Assembly (NCBI RefSeq): GCF_006345805.1
Contig: NC_043000.1
Span: 29,450,001-29,514,000 of the forward strand
Direction of reading: 5' to 3'
Source of the DNA: Octopus sinensis
Lineage: Eukaryota
DNA: 64,000 nt
The translations under genes were made by a program, and so were the position numbers. How positions within the stretch are numbered: position 1 is the first letter of the stretch; each line of letters opens with the position of its first letter. The notes beneath the pieces were generated by a model that was given only the letters and a program-made list of their open reading frames with translations, had not been told where the DNA came from and made no database searches. Positions 14,074-26,385 of this stretch are shown one piece after another.

Positions 14074-14118
<45 letters not shown>

Positions 14119-14409
14119 TGTATATATATATATAATATATATATGTGTGTGTATAATATAATATAATAAAACCTACTCAATAATTCGTAACTCTCTACAC
14201 AACTACATCACAGCACAGCCTCTACCACAACCATTGCCATGAACACCATCGCCCCAGCCACCACAACGATAGCACTTCGTCTTTTTCACCATCAACCCCA
14301 CAACCTCCACTACATCCACATCGCACACAACATCTGCTAGAGTGGCAACAGTTATTGTCTTGTTGAAATATTTCCGATCAAACCAATATAAAATACAAAG
14401 ACAGTAACC

Positions 14410-14442
<33 letters not shown>

Positions 14443-14694
14443 ATGTGTTGGACAGTAAAGAGAAATGGATAAAACTAACAACAACTACACCAAAAACAAC
14501 AACAACTAATCGAATGATCGATGTGTGGTTGTCAATAAAACTTGCTAACGGACACAAGTGATGTGTGTCCGAATCTTAGTTCTTCCGCCATTGATTACTT
14601 TCAAGACACCAACGAGGTCGTGTCGGAAGTATAGCTGCAACAATAACAACAACGATATCGAAATCAATGAAAAAAATATATCCATACGTGATTC

Positions 14695-14740
<46 letters not shown>

Positions 14741-15690
14741 TTGCTGTCAACACCCGTTAAAAGGAGGGCTGGGCATGCCGTGGTTGATGATGCGCAGACA
14801 CGCGCTGAGACTGCGACATCTCTGGCTCTATGTAGACGACGGTGAACAGGTGTGGTCGCCGTTTGTGAGGCACGCTTTCCCGCAGCTCGTCTCCATGACC
14901 GAACTGCAGTCGTGGATCAAAAAGAGGCCGAGGAAGGGCGAATGGCACCGCGAGTGTCGCGTTGCTCTCAAGCAAGTCTGCCGTCCTGGGTCGACCTTAA
15001 GTGACTTCAACACAACCCAAAGCAATCTATAGGGGTTTAGTGGAGGGGAGGTACGACGACGAGCTCGGGGCGAACCTGGACGTCGACGAGGAGTACCTGA
15101 CCCGCCTGTTCGGGACGACTTTCGGGCCAGGGCCATGGACAACTTCCAGAGATCCCTGGCCTGGCAGTGCTACCGAGAAGCGCTACCCGTTCGGGATAAG
15201 CTCTACAGACACGGCTCGAGAAACACGGGGCCGACCTGCCCGAGATGCGGTCAGAGCGACGAAACCGTTCTGCACGCACTCGTTCAGGTCCAACAATTTC
15301 CGACCTGTGGCTTATGTCGAACAACTGCTGTCACGTGTGGGACGAGTCGGTTTATCAGCTGAGTCTATCGTCAATATTGTCACGCCTCCTTCCTTCAAAC
15401 GGGAAGGAAGAGCTATTTTCATCATCCTTGTGGCTATGGCGAAAGAATGTATCTGGTGGACGCGTCTGAAAGGATTGGAGACAAACACTTTCCTCTCTGG
15501 TCAATCTCTCATCAACTTCTTCAAGTACCACTTGAAAAGGAAAGTGAGAGTAGAGAGGCAAGTTTTGTCTAGCGAATGTTTTAAAAAAAGATGGGTGAAT
15601 GTTGCAAGAATGGCACGTATGAATGACGAAGCCACCTTGAGCATAGTCATATGAACCCAGAAATCGAAAACAGAGAGTTACTTATTTGCC

Positions 15691-15721
<31 letters not shown>

Positions 15722-15874
15722 AATATAAAATGTGACTTCATTGACCGAGGTTACCGTGGTCTTTTCCGTAGGCTTTTCCACGGGTAAACCTCACCTGTCC
15801 TCCCCTTTACACTTCATATTGACATTTCTGTGATAACGATCCTATTGATCATTTTTTTTTTTTTTTCCCTCTCC

Positions 15875-15909
<35 letters not shown>

Positions 15910-16068
15910 CCTTTTTTTTGTCCTCTTTCTCTCCTTTTACGATCCCTTTGATCGAACCTCCCCTTCCTATTTTTTTTTTTTTTTTTTTTTTTTTAATACC
16001 TTCAAAAGAAAAGCTCTACCTTGTAATTTGTTCTATCTGTGTGCAGCCCTGTGTGGCTAATAAAGAAA
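14741..16068 (+). mobile_element. 5'-truncated Tx1/L1-clade LINE (ORF2 C-terminus with zf-RVT plus 3' UTR), within a (TATC)n array
   Basis: CCQHPLKGGLGMPWLMMRRHALRLRHL...SLAWQCYREALPVRDKLYRHGSRNTGPTCPRCGQSDETVLHAL...FKKRWVNVARM*, few frameshifts, stop at 15654; T-rich 3' UTR, AATAAA at 16059. Confidence 0.9.
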
Positions 16069-16070
16069 CA

Positions 16071-16112
<42 letters not shown>

Positions 16113-16161
16113 CTATCTATCTATTATCTATCATCTCCCTCTCTCTCTCTCTATCTATCTC

Positions 16162-16233
<72 letters not shown>

Positions 16234-16268
16234 CACTCATATATACATTTACATAAATACATATATGG

Positions 16269-16299
<31 letters not shown>

Positions 16300-16969
16300 G
16301 TGTGTGTGTGTGTGTGCGTGTGTGCGTGCGTGTGCACGTTGTCCTGGGGGCTATCACGTGGTTTACTCCTTCCTGAAATATCTGAGAGAAAACTGCAAAG
16401 AATCTGAAACTGATGCGATTCTAAGTAAAATACAAATATTATAAAATTATGAACTTATCGCAAAGAATACAATGTATTGTAAAATTATCAATATATCACA
16501 CAGAAATAATCTTCGACAAAAACACGAGGTCTAATCATTATATTTTTGAATTTTCTAATTACCAAGTGTTATCGAAAAACTTGAAAATTTAATGAAAAAA
16601 ATCAAGATTTCAGTTACGCGCTAACATTTTCCTACGTGGGGTAACGACTGGAACGAAATACGTATCCAATGTTTGCTAAATAGTAAAAGTTGGTAAAATG
16701 CGTGATTTTTTCATTAAAGTGTCGTTTTGCTTTCTTTACATCTGTTTTCTTTACTATCAAAGTCTTTCCAAATAACCAAAGCACATCGTTTACCTAGGAT
16801 AAATATAACAATAAACGTAATCTGATATCTTTTGTTACATACAAATAGGCTAGATATCTTTTTTCAGGTATAGCAGGAGATTATATTTCTTCTCTTTCTG
16901 TCATATTGCGCATGGTGACTTACCGAATTTTGAAACTTCTTCAGGGAAGATGTTATTAATTTCAAAGAA

Positions 16970-17500
16970 GTACAAAATTGTAATCTCCTTTCACGTCTAA
17001 GCATTTGTTGCAGCACTGCATTCGCTCTGTGAAGGCCTCATGGACGCCTTCGAAGGTGAAGATTTCCAGGACCGTTGTCACACCGTCCTTCATCTTAATG
17101 TCTTCTGAAAAACTGCTCCTGAGTTTCTCCTTCATCTTGAGGAACAACCAAATGTTAAAGGGAGCACGGTCTGAACTGCAAGAAAGGTAAGGAACAATTT
17201 TGATGCCTATCGCTGTCGAGTCTTTGATTGCCAGGATGGAATTGTGAACTGGCGGATTGTCCTGATGCAGGTGTTACCAGTCCGGGTGGAAGAGCTTTGG
17301 CCCTTCTGCGATGAAATTTTTTCCTGAACTCCCTCAAACCATTCAAAAAGTACTATTTGCTGGCCGTCTCGCCAGGGGGAACCCAGATGTAGATGATGCC
17401 TTTGCTGTCAAAAAAAAAGAAGGACCATCAATCACTTCTCAATAGACTTGCTTTGCCTGGCTTCCTTGGGTATAGAGAATCCATGATGCTTCCATTGGAT
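16970..17500 (-). pseudogene. degraded mariner transposase C-terminal fragment
   Basis: HQDNPPVHNS...KIVPYLSCSSDRAPFNIWLFLKMKEKL...CNKCLDVKGDY (decayed HDNA..H and YSPDLAP.D motifs). Confidence 0.7.
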
Positions 17501-17624
17501 TACACTATTATTACTTAACGCAGTGACTTCGTTGAAGAATGTAACAAAATGTCAGTTGTCCACAAACAGCGAACTAAGATAAAAGACTCCATTCATGTTT
17601 TTAGAACCCTGCAGGAATGGTGTA

Positions 17625-17866
17625 GTTCCAAGCAACATTGTTTTCTGTAGATAATCAATCTTCACATTTACTCTTATCTCTTCAATCCTGTTTCTGAATT
17701 TCCTATTTATTGTACCGAAAACCTATACAACAACGTGTATAACATCCATCTTCTTCAATGACCACAGTCTTTTTACCATCCACTTCAAATCTTTATATCT
17801 GATCTGCTTCTCTCTCTTTTTTTTCCGATACTGTCATGGTCGGAGCATGCAACATCTATTATTAAA
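17625..17866 (-). pseudogene. R4/Dong-like LINE restriction-like endonuclease C-terminus
   Basis: LIIDVACS...EKQIRYKDLKWMVKRLWSLKKMDVIHVVV.GFGTI...IDYLQKTMLLGT. Confidence 0.65.
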
Positions 17867-17899
17867 CTTTTTTTCTTTTTAGTCACAACTACGATATAT

Positions 17900-17922
17900 T
17901 ATTATTTTTAATAATAATAATG

Positions 17923-17956
<34 letters not shown>

Positions 17957-18032
17957 TAGTAGTAGTAGTAGTAGTAGTGTAGTAGTAGTAGTAGTAGTAG
18001 TAGAAGTAGTAGTAGAAGTAGTAGTAGTAGAC

Positions 18033-18071
<39 letters not shown>

Positions 18072-18090
18072 ACGATGATGATGATAAAAT
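17900..18090. repeat. compound (AAT)n-(AGT)n-(GAT)n trinucleotide microsatellite
   Basis: Direct tandem repeats. Confidence 0.95.
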
Positions 18091-18122
18091 TCAGAATATA
18101 TTATTGTTATTATCATTATTAA

Positions 18123-18320
18123 AGGCGGCGATCGGGTCGAATCGTTAGCACGCCGGACAAAATGCTTCTCGGCATTTCGTTCGTTCTTACATTGTGAGTG
18201 CAAATATGCTTTTCATTTTTTCGGGGTCGATAAAATAAATACAAGTGAAGTACTGAGAGCAGGGTAATCGACTTACCTCCTCCCTACAACATTTCTGAAC
18301 TTGTACCTATAGTAGAAAAG
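18123..18320 (+). mobile_element. SINE family B
   Basis: aggcggcgatcgggtcgaatcgttagcacgccggacaaaatgc...tttcggggtcgataaaataa. Confidence 0.8.
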
Positions 18321-18401
18321 ATGATTAATTATCATTGGTCATTATTATTTTATTATCATTATTTTCGTTGTTTTAATTTTTTGTTTTATACTAATTATTA
18401 C

Positions 18402-18695
18402 TCTAAGGACATTCATCAGGTGGTTTCAAGACCTTCTATTCAATTTTAAATAGAAGGTCTTGAAATCACCTGATGAATGTCCTTAGAAGTGACAAGAAAC
18501 AATTGTAGTGGATAACTTAATTTTATTTAATTTATATAAAAATTTTTATGTATTGGATTAAGTCTTTCTTTGTTTGATTTGCATAATAGTGGTTTTGTCT
18601 CTAATTATATTATATAATATTTTCTATAAAATTGGATTCAATCCTAAATCTGATTTTTCCTGTAAATTTGGATTTATTCCCTAATATTTATTATT
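18402..18695 (+). mobile_element. Penelope pLTR-like end with 39-bp inverted repeat and hammerhead
   Basis: Arms 18402-18440 and 18449-18487 (one mismatch); AT-rich tail ...tttttcctgtaaatttggatttattccct resembles 55005-55040 and (inverted) 31630-31670. Confidence 0.7.
18464..18512 (+). ncRNA. minimal type-I hammerhead ribozyme
   Basis: tcac CTGATGA a TGTC cttagaagt GACA a GAAA CAATTG TA gtgg; palindromic ACAATTGT stem III, GTA cleavage triplet. Confidence 0.75.
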
Positions 18696-18703
18696 ATATA
18701 TAA

Positions 18704-18735
<32 letters not shown>

Positions 18736-18837
18736 ATATTCATAATATATATATATTATATATTATATATATATATATATATATAATATACTATATACAT
18801 ATATGTATATACATATATTATATATATATATATATAA

Positions 18838-18985
18838 CACGATGGGGTTCTTTCAGTTTCCATCTACCAAATCCACTCACAAGGCTTTGGTCGGCCCGAG
18901 GCTATAGTAGAAGACACTTGTCCAAGGTGCCACGCAGTGGGACTGAACCTGGAACCATGTGGTTAGTAAGCAAGCTACTTACCCA
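18838..18985 (-). mobile_element. SINE family A, head and body
   Basis: ttctttcagtttccatctaccaaatccactcacaaggctttggtcggcccgaggctatagtagaagacacttgtccaaggtgccacgcagtggg. Confidence 0.9.
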
Positions 18986-20021
18986 TGTTTGTTCACTTTT
19001 ACATATAACCCCAGAGTATATAGAATGAAGTGTACGACTCTTGAATATAATAACCCAATGCAGAGTCAAAAACAATACAAAGACAATCCAACCTGAGCTG
19101 GTTGCTTTACAAAATGTTTTGACTTGCTCTTTTGAAAGTTCCGAATTTTGTTAGCGATGTTTTAGTGCCAAAATGCCTTACAGTTGTTAATATTTTCTGG
19201 CCTCTGATAATCTTCCTTCATTTTGTTGGTTCATTCATCGTATGCTGGTTAATGTAATGTATAATATTTGTTCTTACAACTTAGTGTTTTTGTCTTCTGA
19301 AGCAATGATCTTCAGAATAATAAAAAATAAAAAAATATAAAACTCACAGAGCCTTTTCTTTCTTGGAAGTTGACAACTGTTTAGTTCCTTGCAGAGCCAA
19401 AAACAGAGAGAAACTTTCTATAAATTACGTAAAATACACCAATGCAAAGAATGAACTACAATGAAAAAAAAGTTGGCAGGCAGTTCTTAGGAAAAAAGCG
19501 AAAATAAAGGAACAAAATTAAGATGAAAGAACGAAAATTGAAATATGTAAACCGTAACATCGGAACATAAGAGATACAAGGAAACGGAAACAAAATAGTT
19601 TTTCAATTTAAACAAAGAGAGATAAAAAAAAAATCCTATCATAGATGTTAAAATACTCCAAAGTTATTGTCACCTCTTCCAAATATTTCTAGTTGTTGGC
19701 AATATTTCCTGAAAATTTTCTTTTATCTCCAATATCTCTGTACATTTGTGAAAGATAAAAACAATTTTGATGCCTCAGAAGAGATTATGACATTGCAGCA
19801 TCAAACTTCATATCACACTAGAATGGTCTGACATTAACAACACATTTCTCCCAACTCTGATTATTTTCTTCCTTCTATTTGAAAAGAGGTTTCTTTCTCG
19901 AAATATTATAGGACCTTCAAACAACATATTGCATGTGAAGTAATATATGTTTTTTCTTTCTTTTCATTTATTGTCATAACCTTACATATGTTACTTAATT
20001 TGCCATCTGCATAGCTCAAGG

Positions 20022-20102
<81 letters not shown>

Positions 20103-20128
20103 TATTAATTATCATTATTATTATTACT
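20022..20128. repeat. (TTA)n microsatellite
   Basis: Direct tandem repeat. Confidence 0.95.
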
Positions 20129-20141
20129 GAAATATTTATAT

Positions 20142-20900
20142 AGGCACAGGCGTGGCTGAGAGGTAAGAAGTTTGGTTCCGAAACACAAGGTTCAAAGGCC
20201 AACCCCACTTCGTGTCATCTAGGGCAATCGTCTTCTAAAATAGCTTCGGGCCAACCAAAGCCTTGTGATTGGATTTGACAGACGGAAACTGAAAGAAGCC
20301 TGCTATATATATATATATACATTTATTCTTTTATTCTTTTACTTGTTTCACTCATTTTACTGCGACCATGCTGGTGCACCGCCTTAAAGAGTTTTAGGCG
20401 AGGAAATTGACCCCAGGACTTATTCTTTGTAAGCCTAGTACTTATTCTATCCGTCTGTTTTGCCAAACCGCTAAGTTACGGGGACAAACACAACAACATT
20501 GGTTGTCAAGCAATGGTAGGGGGACAAACAGAGACCCAAAGACACACGCACGTACACAGGCACGCACACAATCACACACGTACACGACAGGCGTCTTTCA
20601 GTTTCTACCTACCAAATCCACTCACAAGACTGTGGTTGGCCTGAGGATATAGCAAGGTATCACGCAGTGGGCCTGAACCCGGAATCATGTAGTTGGGAAG
20701 CAGGTTTCTTACCACACAACCACGTCTGCGTTTCTATATAAATATATATGGTTGTGCGTCTTTGTATCTGTGTTTCGCCCCCCTCTACACCGCTTGACAA
20801 CCGATGTTGGTGAGTTTTCCCGCCTTTAACCTAGCGGTTCGGCAAAACAGGGCGATAAAATAAATATTAGGTGTTAAAGATAAATGCTGGGGATCAATTT
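20142..20900. mobile_element. nested SINE A pair: plus copy (20142-20302 and 20750-20900) split by a minus copy (20325-20732)
   Basis: Head and body on +, a complete reverse-oriented copy inside the (TA)n linker, then the + tail resumes (ccgcttgacaaccgatgttgg). Confidence 0.8.
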
Positions 20901-20908
20901 CTTCATTA

Positions 20909-21180
20909 TTTCGGCTGATATACCCTGCAGCCTTCATCAGGTGTTTTGGGGAAATTTCGGACCTGGGTTCTCATTCCTGAGGTATTTTTCGATGTTGCTG
21001 TTGTCACTGCCTGGAATCGAACTCGGAATCTTGGGCTTTGTAACCCGCGCTCTTAACCACTACGCCATATTCCCATGGGCAACTATGGAGTGAATTTTGG
21101 GGCTTATAAATCTAATATTTTCCTATTCTTCATTAATGTAAATAATGTACATAATTCCTCATCTCTTAAATATAGAACTG
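20909..21180 (-). mobile_element. tRNA-headed short element ending in a hammerhead core
   Basis: Minus: tggcgtagtggttaagagcgcggg (A box)...gagttcgattccagg (B box)...aacac CTGATGA a GGCTG cagggtatat CAGCC GAAA. Confidence 0.7.
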
Positions 21181-21559
21181 CATCAATTCTTGATGGCGGT
21201 GCCCTATCATGGCCGCAGTCTAATGACTGAAACAAGTAAAAACTAAATGATGACATACAACTTATCAGATAGCTCTTTCTATTTTTCTCTTTTATATAAC
21301 TGAGGTTAACTGCTATAAATTCTACCAAACATGTTCTTGATTCCGTAAATCACTGCAGGTTACTTTATTTGCTTAGCATATTGTACAATTGTTAGAGACT
21401 TTTTGCTAATTGAAGCTGACTTTACAAGACTTCTTATGTTTTCTGAACTCAAAATTGTCTTTTAGCATCACTCGCTCACTCATAAACATGCTAGATGGCG
21501 CTGGGATCATCCCAGATTAGTGGCCCCACAAGCGTTATCTTTCATAGAGCCAACTAGGT

Positions 21560-21800
21560 CAACTAGTGATCTTATCTCTGGCGATCCCGTCACAGCCCCT
21601 CAGCATCCTTCAGCAAGACGTCGTTCCTCTGAGGATCTCCTTTTATCGTGTCCAGCCATCTGGTGCGGGACCTGCGTCGAAGAAGAGTAAGGCCCTGGTA
21701 GGATAATCTAGCGAGAAGTAGAAGACATATCCGTACCAGAGCTTACAACTGATGGCTATGAAGCGGGCGACCGAGGGCTGACTCATGAGCGCATGCAGAT
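21560..21800 (-). pseudogene. RTE-clade LINE C-terminal remnant
   Basis: RRRSRTRWLDTIKGD...DAEGL*RDRQR resembles the GRPR.RWLD.I...A.DR..W end of RTE ORFs. Confidence 0.5.
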
Positions 21801-22564
21801 CTTCATTGGAAACCTGATGTTACCATCTGATGTCCTCGAGATCTTCAGGGCGCTACCATCGAAGCTACTGATTAAATTTGCCAAAGTTTTTGGCGACTGG
21901 ATTCAAATTCTATCTGTAGATGGATATTTTTTCTTCATTTCAAGGATTTATTTCAGCAATTCCATAAAGGGCTGCTAACATAATTTCCTGATTTTCTGCG
22001 CCCGTCTACTTTATCTTTGTCCATGCGCTATAACAGCTAACAGGAAACATTCCTTCTCTGTTATTATATTTTCCGAATTTGTCACACTTCCATTAGTTGG
22101 AGACATTAATAGTGAATTAGACAGAGATATATAACACCATCTCATTATATATTAAAAACTAATACAAGTAATTATTGTTCCTAATGAAAAATGCGCCCAG
22201 ATCATAAACATTATCGAAGCGAATAATGGGAAATGCTATAAAGTAATAAAAATGGATGTTGATTAATACAAATATAACCAAAATACCTTTATCATAGGGA
22301 AGAAAAAAAGTAACAAAAATTATAATAGAAATGCGTAAATGTGTACGTGTGTGCGTTTGTATGTGCTTGTGTGTTTGTGTGTGTGTGTGTATGTGTGCAT
22401 GTGTGTGCGCACGCGGTCATTAACGCTTTTCTTCTGCTGTTCTCCATTCAGTCAGTTTTACATAATCAAAAAATCATTACGCCCTTTTTATTAATACATA
22501 CATACATACATACATACATACATACATACATACATACATACATACATACAAATATATGTGATTA

Positions 22565-22920
22565 CGGCAGCGGAATCGCGGTCGTAAGATCGTGGTTTCG
22601 ATTCTCAGACCGGGCGTTGTGACTGTTTATTAAGCGAAAACACCTAAAGCTCCACGAGTCTCTGACAGGGGGTGGTTGTGAACCCTGCCGTACTCCTTCA
22701 CCACAACTTTCTCTCTCTCTTTCTTCCTGTTTCTGTTGTACTTATATTTCAACGGGGCCAGCTTGTCACACTCTGTGTCACGCTGAATCTCCCCGACAAT
22801 TACATTAAGGGTACAATTGTCTGTGGAGTGCTCAGCCACTAGCACGTTAATTTCACGAGCAGGCTGTTCCGTTCATCGGATCAAATGGAACCTTCGTTGT
22901 CGCAACCGACGGAGTGCCAC
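22565..22920 (+). mobile_element. SINE family C (tRNA-derived)
   Basis: cggtcgtaagatcgtggtttcgattc...cttgtcacactctgtgtcacg...taatttcacgagcaggctgttcc...aaccgacggagtgccac; copies at 28082, 40575 and 49115. Confidence 0.85.
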
Positions 22921-23127
22921 GATATATGTATATATATATATATATATATTAGATATATATATATACCTATATGTACTTGTTTGTATATATGCATATATAT
23001 GAATGTGTAATATATGTGTGTGTATGTGTGTACGCGCTTATGCATATGTCTATAAAAATTATATATATGTATGTATATATATGTATATGAATATATATAT
23101 ATATATATATCTACATATGTATCTCTA

Positions 23128-23186
<59 letters not shown>

Positions 23187-23195
23187 ATCTATCTA

Positions 23196-23234
<39 letters not shown>

Positions 23235-23433
23235 TATATACATATATATATATACATACATACATATTATATTATATATATATGATGTGTGTGTGTGTAT
23301 ACAAAGTACGGGGGTTTAGTTCATAGGTGATCTAATCGATAGGTACACTAAGTAATTACTGTGCAATGATTACTAGGGCTCCAAGTTGATTATATATATA
23401 CATATACATATATACATACATACATACATACAT

Positions 23434-23477
<44 letters not shown>

Positions 23478-24139
23478 CGCTATACTCATCGTCATGTATA
23501 TGTAGACAGATTTTTTATCAAGTTCTTATATATGTATGTGTGTATGTGTGTATGTGTATGTTCCAGCTCAAAGCGGAGCTCCAGCATCGCCGCAGTTATA
23601 TGACTGATACAAGTAAACGAAAAATATGCTTGTGTTTTCTTTCTCCCATTACCACTTAAAAATCGGTGTTCGCTTATTTACGCCCTTATAAGCTAGCGGT
23701 TCAGCAAAAGACAAGGACAGATTAACTACCACATTTTAAAATATTTACTCGTGTCGATGTGCGCAAGTAAACCCTTCATGGTAAATACCCATCGGGACTT
23801 CAGGTCTGTTAATAAAACAAGGAACAGACAAGAAATACGAAAATAATTCAGGAAAGAAATATCTTAATTTGAGTTGTTTTGCACAATTTTGTTAATATTT
23901 TTCTGTATATTTATTTTGCTGTCGACATTTTGGTTCTATTAACATAAATTGCTGCCCAAAATACATAATCTTTGATAAATGGGTGAAAGATTTCGGAAAG
24001 AGACACCGGTTGTAAATGTTAAATTTTGGAACTGCCATATTAGAAAGTTCAAATAAGAGTGACTCTGAAATAATTGGTAATGACGGAGAAGGTTAAATGT
24101 AGCACACTTTTTCATTTACATATTGAGGTATACACCCAT

Positions 24140-25070
24140 GTTTGTATGTATGTATGTACGTACGTATGCATGTATGTAGGTATGTATGTATGCATATGCG
24201 TGTGTAAGTATATATGTATGTATGTGCGTGTGTAAGTATGTATGTATTTATGTATGCATGTATGTATGTATGTATGTATGTATGTATGTATTATGTATGT
24301 ATGTATGATGTATGTACGTATGCATGCACTTATGGATTCATGTATGCATGTATGTATGTATCTATGTACTATGTATGTATTATGTATGTACGTATGCATG
24401 CACGTATGCATTCATGTATGCATGCATGTATGTATGTATGTATGTATGTATATGTATGTATTATGTATGTACGTATGCATGCACGTATGCATTCATGTAT
24501 GCATGTATGTATGTATGTACCGATGTACGTATATCATTGTTCAGTTTTATTTCAAGATTTCTTACCAATGGAGAAAGGGCTGGTGTCCTTCATTAGAATT
24601 TCAGCATCAACAGGGTGTCTATGTATGTGTGTATGTATTTATGTATGTATGTATGTATGTATTATGTATGTATGTATGTATGTATGTATGTATGTATGTA
24701 TGTATGTATGTATGTGTGTATGTATGTATGTATATATATGTGTGTATGTATGCATATATGTATGAATGTATGTATGTATGTATGTATGTATCAATATGTG
24801 TGTATGTATGCATGTATGTATGTATGTATGTATGTATGTATGTATGTATGTATGTATGTATGTATGTATGTATGTATGTATGTAGGGATGTATGTATGTA
24901 TGTGTGTATGTATGTGTGCATGCATGTATGTATGTATGTATGTATGTATGTATGTATGTATGTGTGTATGTATGTATGTATGTGTGTATGTCATTGTTCA
25001 ATTTTATTTCAAGATTTCTTGCCAAGAGTCGGTTTCTTTCATTTGAATTTCGCTATCAACAGGGTATGTA
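24140..25070. repeat. long (TATG)n array with interspersed ~80-bp unit
   Basis: Unit tcattgttcagttttatttcaagatttctt(a/g)ccaa...catcaacaggg at about 24533 and 24991; third copy at about 27105. Confidence 0.9.
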
Positions 25071-25265
25071 TGCATGGTGTTGAAAGCCCAATACATCACA
25101 CGCGCTCAATTGTCAAGAATGTTACGCTTATCACGGATTGATCGGGCCGGCGATTTGCCAAAGATTTTGCTTGTACCATTAAAAAAAAAACACTACAACA
25201 CTCAGCTATCCAGAATCCACTGATAATCGCTTTTTGCGAGGCTGTGTATTATTTTATATGGATTA

Positions 25266-25665
25266 AGGTGGAGAGCAGGCAGAAACGATAGCACACCGTG
25301 CGAAATGCTTAGCGGTATTTTGTCTGTCTTTATGTTCTGAGTTCAAATTCCGCGGAGGTCAACTTTGTCTTTCATCCTTTCGGGGTCGATTAAATAAGTA
25401 CTAGTTACGCACTGGGGTCGATATAATCGACTTAATCCGTTTGTCTGTCCTTGTTTGTCCTCTCTGTGTTTAGCCCCTTGTGGGTAGTAAAGAAGTAGGT
25501 ATTTCGTCTGTCATTCCGTTCTGAGTTCAAATTCCGCCGAGGTCGACTTTGCTTTTCATCCTTTCGGGGTCGATAAATTAAGTACCAGTTGCGTACTGGG
25601 ATCGATCTAATCGACTGGCCCTCTCCCCCCAAATTTCGGTCGTTGTGCCTAGAGTAGAAAAGATT
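25266..25665 (+). mobile_element. SINE family B, internally duplicated (dimeric) copy
   Basis: ttctgagttcaaattccgc...ttcatcctttcggggtcgat occurs twice (about 25335 and 25520). Confidence 0.85.
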
Positions 25666-26154
25666 ATTTTATATGGGTTTACGTACGTGTTCATATCAAC
25701 ATGGGACCAGAAAACAGAAAAAAATACGAAGGGAACTAGTCCTAACAAACGACACCGACGAATGTATCCTTTACAGGTGAAGATAAATATGATGAAGAAA
25801 TTACGTGACCAGGAAGCTTCCCTGACGAAGGATGCAAATTTGGTGTCAACGAACCTACCATTCATTCCATTTACAAAGTGCGCGGAGGCGATTCATTCAT
25901 CACACTTTTTTTTTTCTCTTGTGCAAAACACACGCAGTAAAGGAGAATAGGCGTATAGCTGGAAATCGGTGCTTTTCATAAATGCTATACATTCAGTGTT
26001 GTGTCTTTACTTATTCGGAGTCTGTTATTATCACTGATGTCGTTACTATTATTATCTTTATTGTCATGATTGTAGATAACGATCAGTTTACCATAATTAT
26101 ACATTAAAATTTCTTTAATGAATAGGACACAAAGATTTTCAAAGAAGCTACACA

Positions 26155-26385
26155 GAGCGCAGGAGTGGCTGTGTGGTAAGTAGCTTACTTACCATCCACA
26201 TGGTTCCGGGTTCATTCCCACTGCGAAGCGCCTGGGCAAGTCTTTTTTTACTATAACCTCGGGTCGACCAAAGCCTTGCGTGTGGATTTGGTAGGTAGAA
26301 ACTATATATATGTGTGTGTATATATGCTTTTCTGTCTGTGTTTGTTCCTTTTGCCAACCGATGTTGGTATGTTTATGTCCCTGTA
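26155..26385 (+). mobile_element. SINE family A
   Basis: gcgcaggagtggctgtgtggtaagtagctt...catggttccgggttcattcccactgcg. Confidence 0.85.

Noticed and set aside
21003-21075. Functional tRNA gene (also SINE heads at 34886, 36825, 49360)
   Set aside because: A/B boxes are present but no convincing acceptor stem; they are heads of repeated elements.
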